Assembly: GCA_021814805.1 (NCBI GenBank) | Contig: JAKAHT010000001.1 | Span: 29,027 to 67,297 of the forward strand | Direction: 5' to 3' | Source of the DNA: a bacterium | GTDB taxonomy: Bacteria > Patescibacteriota > Minisyncoccia > UBA6257 > GWB1-50-10 | DNA length: 38,271 nucleotides | Part shown: positions 15,340 to 22,508 of the stretch, piece after piece | Numbering within the stretch: the first letter of the stretch is position 1 | Layout of the letters: the number at the start of each line of letters is the position of its first letter | Notes under the pieces: model-generated | The model's input: only the letters and a program-made list of their open reading frames with translations | Databases searched by the model: none | Told to the model about the DNA's origin: nothing | Made by a program: the position numbers and the translations under genes

Positions 15340-17832
15340 ATGGCGAATATTTATTTTAAAAACAATAGGATTTTCTTGAACCGAGGCGAAGATTTTATAG
15401 TGAGGCTCGCGGATTATTCTTTTTATATCTTTTTAGGAGCGGCGACTTTAATGCTTGTCATGTCTGGCAATTTAAGATTGACGGCCCTGGGTATCTTATT
15501 CTCTTTGTTTTTAATCGATAGGGTTTTGCATATAGGGGAAGGAGAGAAAAGCATCACAGAGCTCAAGGGTAAGGATATCAATATTTCTTATGCTCTTACC
15601 AATGACTCGGTGAGAATTTTAGGTTATGCCATAAGAAAATCTAAAATAACCAAAGAAAGTTTTTATCTGGCTCTTTTGACTGTCTTAGCCGACAGAAAAG
15701 ATATAAAGGAAATATTAAAAAGATTGGACGTTGATCCGGAAGAATTTATCAAAAAAACCGAGGCCATACTAGGTAATAAAAGTAATTTCACCGATGAAAG
15801 TTACGCCGAGGTTTTGAATAATCTCGTGCTTACTGCTTATGAAAACGCCATCTTGAATAACGATGAATTCATTTACCCCAGGAATCTCTTAACCGCCGCC
15901 CTTGATGTTAAAGATGGGGACTTGTCGAGAATATTTTTAGCCTCTGGTCTCACTAAAAAGGATATAGAATTGGCTGTTGTTTTTGGAAAGTGGAGAAAAA
16001 TATTCGGAGGGTTAAGGTTTTTGCCTAAAATGGTTGGCGGTTTTGCTCACCGGCCGAGGGTTCTTAGGCACAGGGTTATGAATAGGGCCTGGACGGCTAA
16101 GCCGACTCCGACACTCGATAAATTCAGTACTGATTTGACTGATTTGGCTCGCGAAGAAATGGTCGGGCTTTTGATAGGTCACAAAAGAGAATATGACGGA
16201 TTGATTCAGGTTATATCAAGACCGGGCAAGCCGAACGCTCTTCTTGTCGGAGAAGCTGGCGCAGGCAAGTCCACTATAATAGACCATTTGGCTATGAGCA
16301 TAATCAGAGATGATGTCCCGGAGGTTTTATTTGATAAGCGTTTGGTTTCTCTTGAAATGGGTAATCTTATGGCAAATGCCACGGAAGATGTGCTTAGCGC
16401 CAGACTGAAGGAAATGACTGATGAAATAATAATGGCCGGCAATATAGTTCTTTTCGTACCCAATATCCATGATTTGTTCAGAACCTCGGAATCTTCTTTG
16501 AATGCCATAGATATAGTCTTGCCGATAATAAGGAGTGGAAGTATTCCGGTTATAGGGGAAACATACCCCAGAGAGTTTAAGGAGTACATCGAACCGAGGA
16601 CGGATTTTTTAGATCAGTTCGAGGTGGTGAGGGTGGAAGAGGTAACAGAAGAGGAGGCTGTTCAATTTTTGATTTATCAAAGTCTTCTTCTTGAAAAAGA
16701 ATATGATGTTTTCATACCTTTCAGCTCCATAAAAGAGTCAGTTTATCTCGCTAAGCGTTATTTTCATTCAAAGCTTTTGCCGGGGAGCGCGGTTGATTTG
16801 TTGAAACAATCATTGGCCAAGACAAAAGAAAGCAAAGAAAAGATTCTTACGGTCGGTGTTGTGGATGCTGTTGCCGAGAGTCTTTCCAGAATTCCCATAC
16901 AAAAAGTAACCGCCGGTGAGGCCGAAAAACTTTTGAATTTGGAGGAAACCATACATAAGAAACTTATAAATCAAAATGCGGCAGTTTCGGCCGTAGCTAA
17001 GGCCCTGAGGGAATATCGAAGCGGTCTTTCGAGAAGGGAAGGTCCGATAGCTTCCTTCTTGTTCGTCGGACCGACCGGTGTCGGCAAAACCGAACTTTCC
17101 AAAATATTGGCTGAAGTTCATTTTGGTTCTAAATCGGCCATGCAGAGATTTGATATGTCGGAGTTCCAGGATAAGACAAGTATTTGGAGGCTTGTCGGCA
17201 ATCCCGACGGATCAAAGTCTGGAGAATTGACCGACGCGGTTTTCGAAAATCCTTATACCCTCATACTTTTGGATGAATTTGAGAAGGCTCATCCCGATGT
17301 GCTTAATGTATTTTTGCAGGTATTCGACGACGGGAGACTGACCGATGGTTTGGGTAAGACTGTCGATTTTAAGAATACGATAATTATAGCCACTTCAAAT
17401 GCCAACTCCGATTTTATAAAATCGGAGATAGAATCCGGTAAGAAGGTGGAAGATATATCCGACGAATTGAAGAAAAAACTATCGGGTTATTTCAAGCCGG
17501 AACTTTTGAACCGATTTTCCGATATAGTGGTTTTTAGGGATCTTAAGGAAGACGAAATAAGGCAAATAGCCGGGCTTTTGGTCAAAGAAATCAAAGAAAC
17601 CATCGGTGAGGAAAAGGGTATAGACATAACGTATGACGATGCTGTCTTATCCGAACTTGGCCGGCTGGGATATGACCCTGTTTTTGGTGCAAGGCCGTTG
17701 AGGAAAGTGATATCTGACAGCATAAAGAGCGTTTTAGCCGAATATATACTGAAAGGGCAGCTCAAAAAGGGTGATACGGTCAGCATTTCCTTTGAAAACG
17801 GCGATTTCAAGTTTAAAATTTCCGGCGATTAG
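15340..17832 (+). CDS. Clp/Hsp100-family AAA+ ATPase (ClpB/ClpC-like) with an N-terminal membrane anchor
   Basis: 830 aa. D1 Walker A GEAGAGKST; D2 Walker A GPTGVGKTE, Walker B LILLDEFEKAHPDV, and FDDGRLTD. Residues ~25-60 form two hydrophobic helices. Confidence 0.85.
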   Translation: MANIYFKNNRIFLNRGEDFIVRLADYSFYIFLGAATLMLVMSGNLRLTALGILFSLFLIDRVLHIGEGEKSITELKGKDINISYALTNDSVRILGYAIRKSKITKESFYLALLTVLADRKDIKEILKRLDVDPEEFIKKTEAILGNKSNFTDESYAEVLNNLVLTAYENAILNNDEFIYPRNLLTAALDVKDGDLSRIFLASGLTKKDIELAVVFGKWRKIFGGLRFLPKMVGGFAHRPRVLRHRVMNRAWTAKPTPTLDKFSTDLTDLAREEMVGLLIGHKREYDGLIQVISRPGKPNALLVGEAGAGKSTIIDHLAMSIIRDDVPEVLFDKRLVSLEMGNLMANATEDVLSARLKEMTDEIIMAGNIVLFVPNIHDLFRTSESSLNAIDIVLPIIRSGSIPVIGETYPREFKEYIEPRTDFLDQFEVVRVEEVTEEEAVQFLIYQSLLLEKEYDVFIPFSSIKESVYLAKRYFHSKLLPGSAVDLLKQSLAKTKESKEKILTVGVVDAVAESLSRIPIQKVTAGEAEKLLNLEETIHKKLINQNAAVSAVAKALREYRSGLSRREGPIASFLFVGPTGVGKTELSKILAEVHFGSKSAMQRFDMSEFQDKTSIWRLVGNPDGSKSGELTDAVFENPYTLILLDEFEKAHPDVLNVFLQVFDDGRLTDGLGKTVDFKNTIIIATSNANSDFIKSEIESGKKVEDISDELKKKLSGYFKPELLNRFSDIVVFRDLKEDEIRQIAGLLVKEIKETIGEEKGIDITYDDAVLSELGRLGYDPVFGARPLRKVISDSIKSVLAEYILKGQLKKGDTVSISFENGDFKFKISGD

Positions 17833-17847
17833 TTTAAAATCATTCTT

Positions 17848-18516
17848 ATGAAGTTACCACGACTAAAAATAAGTTTTGGAGAACTTAAAATGAATAGAGT
17901 GGTCAAGTTTTTCATACTGTCCGACTTTTTGTTTTGGGGAGGCTGGGGTCTTTTGAGTCCTATTTTTGCTGTCTTTATTCTTCAAAGATTAGGATCGGCC
18001 AACGTTTTCACCGTCGGTGCCGCCGCTGCGCTGTATTATCTTACAAAAGCCGTGGCTGAAGTTCCTATTTCTTTTTATCTCGACAAACACGAAGGAGAAA
18101 AAGACGATTTTCACGCCCTCCTCCTCGGACTTTTGCTCGGCGGATGCGTTTCCTTGATATTCCTTTCAATAAGGAGCCTGCCGGCTTTGTTTTTATCGAT
18201 GATCGTCCAAGGTGTGGCTTTTGCCCTTTATTCTTCCTCCTGGCCGGCCATATTTTCGAGGCACTTGGACAAAGATCATTTTTCTTTGGAGTGGACGATG
18301 GATCATTTCGGCATAGATTTGATTTCGGCTGGTACTGCCTTTTTAGGAGGAAGCTTGGCTTTATTTTTAGGTTTTAATTTTATATTTATCTTGGCCGCCG
18401 CGGCCGCTTTCACGGCCGTAGCCTTATTGTTCTTTGTTCCCGATTTGATACTGCCCAAAGAAACGTTAAAAGAACCTATTTTAAGAGACCATGTTGGACC
18501 AACCATCGGCAAATAA
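17848..18516 (+). CDS. hypothetical 6-TM membrane protein (half-size MFS-like)
   Basis: 222 aa with six hydrophobic segments. An alternative start is the ATG at 17890 (MNRVVKF). Function not recognised. Confidence 0.5.
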   Translation: MKLPRLKISFGELKMNRVVKFFILSDFLFWGGWGLLSPIFAVFILQRLGSANVFTVGAAAALYYLTKAVAEVPISFYLDKHEGEKDDFHALLLGLLLGGCVSLIFLSIRSLPALFLSMIVQGVAFALYSSSWPAIFSRHLDKDHFSLEWTMDHFGIDLISAGTAFLGGSLALFLGFNFIFILAAAAAFTAVALLFFVPDLILPKETLKEPILRDHVGPTIGK

Positions 18517-18976
18517 AACACCAGACAATCTTTCCGTATCCGCCGGCGTCATAATATTCCGACGGACTGAGGAAGGAATAAAGTTTTTACTCCTTTATCA
18601 CGGAGGGTCTTATTGGAATTTTCCCAAAGGCAAACTCGCGGAAGGAGAAAAGAGTTTTAAGGCTGCCTTAAGAGAGGTGGAAGAAGAAACGGGAATAAAA
18701 AGCAGGGATCTCCGGTTTATGAATTGGTTCAAAGTATCCGACAGGTTTGTTTTCTATACCAAAGATAAAAAAAGGATACCCCGGCTCGTCATTTATTACT
18801 TGGCGGAAACCAAGCGTGAGGAAATAAAAATAGTCCCTCGAGAACACCAGGGCTATGCTTGGTTTCTTATGAGGGACGCTATGAAGGTTTTAAAGGCTCC
18901 TAACCTTAAATCTAACCTGAGGAAAGCTTACAATTTAATAACTAGATCTTCTTCACGGAATCAACCAACTTCTTAA
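18491..18976 (+). CDS. NUDIX hydrolase
   Basis: NUDIX box GKLAEGEKSFKAALREVEEETGI (GX5EX7REUXEEXGU). It overlaps the upstream gene by 26 nt. Confidence 0.85.
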   Translation: MLDQPSANKTPDNLSVSAGVIIFRRTEEGIKFLLLYHGGSYWNFPKGKLAEGEKSFKAALREVEEETGIKSRDLRFMNWFKVSDRFVFYTKDKKRIPRLVIYYLAETKREEIKIVPREHQGYAWFLMRDAMKVLKAPNLKSNLRKAYNLITRSSSRNQPTS

Positions 18977-19292
18977 AGGCTTCCGGTTCGTTGGCGGCCA
19001 GGTCGGCCAATACTTTCCGGTCGAGTTTGATATTCTCTTTTTTGAGAAGATTTATAAACTCGCTGTATTTCACTCCATTCAGCCTGGAGCCGGCATTTAT
19101 TTGAGTCTGCCAAAGTGTCCTGTAAACTCTCTTTTTTTCTTTTCTTCCTTTGAACTTTCTGGAAAGTCCGTGAAGTAAAGCTTCTTTCGCGGCTCTTTCT
19201 TTTGATTTTCTGTCCCAGCGGTAGCCTTTGCTTTTTTTGAGAAGTCTCTCTCTTTTTTTGTGGGCGGTAACGCCTCTTTTTACTCTCGGCAT
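18942..19292 (-). CDS. rplT: 50S ribosomal protein L20
   Basis: MPRVKRGVTAHKKRERLLKKSKGYRW is a canonical L20 N-terminus. Confidence 0.97.
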   Translation of the reverse strand: MPRVKRGVTAHKKRERLLKKSKGYRWDRKSKERAAKEALLHGLSRKFKGRKEKKRVYRTLWQTQINAGSRLNGVKYSEFINLLKKENIKLDRKVLADLAANEPEAFKKLVDSVKKI

Positions 19293-19460
19293 TTAATTGT
19301 TTTTTATTTTTTTAACGTCTATTTCTAAAATTCTGGCGCCCTTTTTCCTTTTTATTTGGGTGGTTCTTTTGTTGGCTCGCGAATGACCTAAGGCCATCGC
19401 TCTCCTTACAACCTTGCCCGATTTGGTTATTTTTACCCTGCTTGATATGCTTTTTTTCAT
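19293..19460 (-). CDS. rpmI: 50S ribosomal protein L35
   Basis: Not in the ORF track (55 aa). My translation is MKKSISSRVKITKSGKVVRRAMALGHSRANKRTTQIKRKKGARILEIDVKKIKNN. It sits between infC and rplT, the conserved operon position, and its stop abuts the rplT ATG. Confidence 0.9.
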   Translation of the reverse strand: MKKSISSRVKITKSGKVVRRAMALGHSRANKRTTQIKRKKGARILEIDVKKIKNN

Positions 19461-19464
19461 AATC

Positions 19465-20004
19465 TTATTTTTTGGTTATTTGCATCACGTAGCCTCTGCC
19501 TCCTTGTCTCGGTTCCATGGTTGTTTGATAAGGGACGTTTATCATCGATGCAAATTCTTTCATTTTCATGAGAGCCCAATCTTTATTGGCTTTTTCGCGT
19601 CCCCGGAGTTGCAGGTTGATTTCGACTTTATGACCCTCGCTCAAGAATTTTTCCGCCAACCTGGCTTTTATAATGAGATCGTTCTGGGCTATTCTCGGAG
19701 AAATCCTGACTTGTTTTAGTTCTTTTTGTTTCTGGGCTAAGCGGCTTTTCTTTTCTTCTTTTTCTTGCTTATACCTCCATTTATCGAAGCTCATTATTTT
19801 GGCGACCGGCGGTTTGGCTCCCGGGGCTATTTCTATAAGATCCAGTCCGGCTTCCCGAGCTTTAATGAGAGCTTCCTCTCGCTTCATCGTTCCGATATTT
19901 TCGCCGTTTTCGTTTATAACCCTCAGTTCGGCGGCGGTTATTTGTCCATTAACTTTTTGCCGGACTTCGGTTGGCGTTGTTCTGTATGGTCTTTGGTAAG
20001 CGAT
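19465..20004 (-). CDS. infC: translation initiation factor IF-3, with a non-AUG start (ATC at 20004 or ATT at 20025)
   Basis: The track ORF starts at M (19887), which is inside the conserved N-domain. The in-frame upstream sequence reads IAYQRPYRTTPTEVRQKVNGQITAAELRVINENGENIGT, matching the IF-3 N-terminus (I..I.A.E.RVI...GE..G). No ATG, GTG or TTG occurs between the in-frame TAG at 20029-20031 and 19887. Confidence 0.9.
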   Translation of the reverse strand: MAYQRPYRTTPTEVRQKVNGQITAAELRVINENGENIGTMKREEALIKAREAGLDLIEIAPGAKPPVAKIMSFDKWRYKQEKEEKKSRLAQKQKELKQVRISPRIAQNDLIIKARLAEKFLSEGHKVEINLQLRGREKANKDWALMKMKEFASMINVPYQTTMEPRQGGRGYVMQITKK

Positions 20005-20055
20005 AGAAAAATAGTAATAAAAAATGCCCTAAAAAGCAAATGAAAAGCTGTTTTG

Positions 20056-20398
20056 TGGAGGTGGAGGGATCGAACCCTCGTCCAAGAAATTATTTAAAAG
20101 CATTCTACAAGTTTAGTGCCGAGCCGAGCCTGGCGCAGATGTGCTTCCTGTTATTTAATCCGTTTTACCGGAAGCTTTCTCAAACGGACGGGTCCGCGAT
20201 ATGACACCGGTTGTTCTCTAGCGGACGTTGAGGACCGATGTCCGGTTTAACGAATTAAACCGGAGCCGGCATTAAGCAAAAGCGAATGCCGGGGCTGCAA
20301 CTTTGTTGTTGTCAGTTCTTTTTTTGCTGTAGTTTTACGAGTTACCGCAACTCGACTTGCTGCTTTTAAAGAACTTTCCTGTCGAAACGTACACCCCC
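20056..20398 (-). ncRNA. ssrA: tmRNA (SsrA)
   Basis: The 5' end GGGGGUGUACGUUUCGACAGG pairs with the 3' end GAGGGUUCGAUCCCUC-CACCUCC-A. The acceptor stem GGGGGUG/CACCUCC carries the G3:U identity pair. An internal tag frame ends ...GUU GCA GCC CCG GCA UUC GCU UUU GCU UAA (VAAPAFAFA*). The gene follows smpB directly. Confidence 0.9.
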
Positions 20399-20838
20399 TA
20401 TTTATTAAACCTTTTTATTTCCTTTTCGACTTCGCGTTTACGAATAGTCTCGCGCTTGTCTTCTTTCTTTTTGCTTTTTCCTAAACCCATTTCAACCTTT
20501 ATTATGTTGTTTTTATTATACAATCTAAGAGGCAGGAGTGTCAACCCTTTTTCTTTTATTTTCCCGATCAAACTCCTCGTTTCTTGTTTTTTTACAAGAA
20601 GCCTCCTTGTTCTTTTGGGGTCGTAGCTTTTTATGCTGTTTTGCGATTGATAAGGTGGGATATCCAAGTTTATTATCCAAAGCTCTTCGTCTTTTACGGT
20701 TGCGTAAGCCCCGCTTATGTTGGCTCTCCCATTCTTTATGGATTTTACTTCAAATCCTTTGAGCTCTATGCCGGCCTCGAATTTCTCGAGTATGTTGTAA
20801 TCGAAATAGGCTTTTTTATTATCGGTTATCGTCGGCAT
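20398..20838 (-). CDS. smpB: SsrA-binding protein SmpB
   Basis: 146 aa. NKKAYFDYNILEKFEAGIELKGFEVKSI and the basic C-terminal tail are canonical SmpB. Confidence 0.95.
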   Translation of the reverse strand: MPTITDNKKAYFDYNILEKFEAGIELKGFEVKSIKNGRANISGAYATVKDEELWIINLDIPPYQSQNSIKSYDPKRTRRLLVKKQETRSLIGKIKEKGLTLLPLRLYNKNNIIKVEMGLGKSKKKEDKRETIRKREVEKEIKRFNK

Positions 20839-20882
20839 AGTATTTATATTATCTTATATTGTTATATACTAGAAATGTGAAA

Positions 20883-22466
20883 ATGAGTATCAAGGAGAAA
20901 ATAAGCGGCGCCTTAGCCGAATTATTGGGAGAAGAAAATGGTTTTTCGGTTGATTTGCCCGATCGGAAGGCGACCGATGCCGATTATTCGACCAATGCCG
21001 GATTTGTCTTAAGCAAGAAGTCTGGGGAAAACCCAAACGCTTCGGCCGAGGCGGTCTCGAGAAAATTAAAGGAATCGTATCCTAATCTTTTCGATAAAAT
21101 AGAAACCAAGGGAGGTTTCATAAATATGTGGGTGAGCCCCCTGGTCCTTAAAGAGGAAATCCTTCTTGTTTTAAAGGATGAAGGGAGATATGGATCTTCC
21201 TCCGCTCTCGAAGGGAGGAATATTCAGGTTGAGTTTATTTCAGCCAATCCTACAGGACCTTTGACTTTGGCAAATGGCCGAGGTGGTTTTTATGGCGATG
21301 TTTTATCGAACATTCTGGAGTTTTCCGGGGCTAAAGTGGAAAGAGAATATTATGTGAATGATGCCGGAAACCAGGTTTTGACGCTTGGAAAATCAATCTT
21401 GTCGGCTCTGGGATTCATTGAAGACGAAGAAGAATTTTATAAGGGTTCTTATATCAAAGAATGGGCTTTAAAAAACAGTTCTGTTGTCGAAAAAAGAAAA
21501 GCTGACCCTTCTGGGGTTGGAGAATCGGCTGCTCATGATTTTCTTTCTTCCATAAAATCCGTCGTTGAAGGGAAAGCCCGCATAAGGTTTGATAGATATA
21601 CTTCCGAGAAAAATCTTGGAGAGGAAGGTTTGGTTAAAAAAGCCTTGGAGGTATTGAAAAAATCAGGTTTGGTATATGACTCTGAAGGAGCCACTTGGCT
21701 AAGGACTACCGATTTTAAGGACGATAAGGATCGTGTTCTTATAACGAGCGACGGGTTGCCGACTTATTTTCTGTCGGATGCCGGCCACTACCTTGAAACC
21801 TTGGAGAGAGGATTTGATTGGAAAATAAACATACTTGGACCAGACCACTATGGTTATGTCAAAAGAATACAGGCCGTAGCCAAAATTCTGGGTTTTCGCC
21901 GGTCGGAGGTCTTGATAACTCAGGCTATTTTAATAAAAAAGGACGGCGAATTTGTCAGGATGTCCAAGCGAAAGGGTGAATTTGTAACCTTTGAAGAGCT
22001 GGTGGATGAAGTCGGCGTCGATACGGCCAGGTTTTTCTTTCTTATGGTCGGTCGGGAATCTCATATTGATTTTGACTTAGCATTGGCCAAAGAAAAATCA
22101 TCGCGCAATCCGGTTTTTTACGCCGAATATGCTTATGTGAGGGCCAATAAAATAATATCCAATTATGGAAAGAGTTTTGACTTATCGGCGGATTTGGCTT
22201 GCTTGAATTCTTCTCCGGAAAGGGAATTGATGTCGGTCATATCGCGCCTGCCGGATGTCGTTTCTTATTCATCCAAGACTTATGAAATCCACCATCTGAC
22301 CAAATACGCTCTGGATTTAGCCCGGGCTTTTCATAACTTCTACGAGAAGGAAAGAGTGATAGGCGAAAAAGAAGAAACGGCCAGGTTGATTCTGGTTTCC
22401 GCCTTCCTTTCTGTTATGCAAAATACTCTCCGCCTTTTAGGAATAGTTCCCCCGGAAAGTATGTAG
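20883..22466 (+). CDS. argS: arginine--tRNA ligase
   Basis: FISANPTGPL..., DHYGYVKR, RMSKRKGEFV (KMSKS-like) and a C-terminal DALR anticodon-binding region. I prefer the ATG at 20883 (MSIKEK) to the TTG at 20859. Confidence 0.88.
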   Translation: MSIKEKISGALAELLGEENGFSVDLPDRKATDADYSTNAGFVLSKKSGENPNASAEAVSRKLKESYPNLFDKIETKGGFINMWVSPLVLKEEILLVLKDEGRYGSSSALEGRNIQVEFISANPTGPLTLANGRGGFYGDVLSNILEFSGAKVEREYYVNDAGNQVLTLGKSILSALGFIEDEEEFYKGSYIKEWALKNSSVVEKRKADPSGVGESAAHDFLSSIKSVVEGKARIRFDRYTSEKNLGEEGLVKKALEVLKKSGLVYDSEGATWLRTTDFKDDKDRVLITSDGLPTYFLSDAGHYLETLERGFDWKINILGPDHYGYVKRIQAVAKILGFRRSEVLITQAILIKKDGEFVRMSKRKGEFVTFEELVDEVGVDTARFFFLMVGRESHIDFDLALAKEKSSRNPVFYAEYAYVRANKIISNYGKSFDLSADLACLNSSPERELMSVISRLPDVVSYSSKTYEIHHLTKYALDLARAFHNFYEKERVIGEKEETARLILVSAFLSVMQNTLRLLGIVPPESM

Positions 22467-22472
22467 GTTTTT

Positions 22473-22501
22473 TTGCCAAAGACCCGGTAACCGGATAAAA
22501 T
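22473..22501 (+). promoter_or_regulatory. candidate promoter TTGCCA-17-TAAAAT, placed 7 nt before the ileS ATG (leaderless geometry)
   Basis: TTGCCA at 22473-22478, a 17-nt spacer, TAAAAT at 22496-22501, ATG at 22509. The 7 nt in between contain no Shine-Dalgarno sequence. Confidence 0.45.
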
Positions 22502-22508
22502 ACTACTT

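Noticed and set aside
7256-20882. The longer N-terminal extensions offered by the ORF track for holA (7256), ruvA (8362), the LOG-like gene (11634), murB (14022) and argS (20859).
   Set aside because: Each extension overlaps the preceding gene or tRNA, or adds non-homologous residues. Internal ATGs at 7277, 8422, 11661, 14037 and 20883 give N-termini typical of each family.
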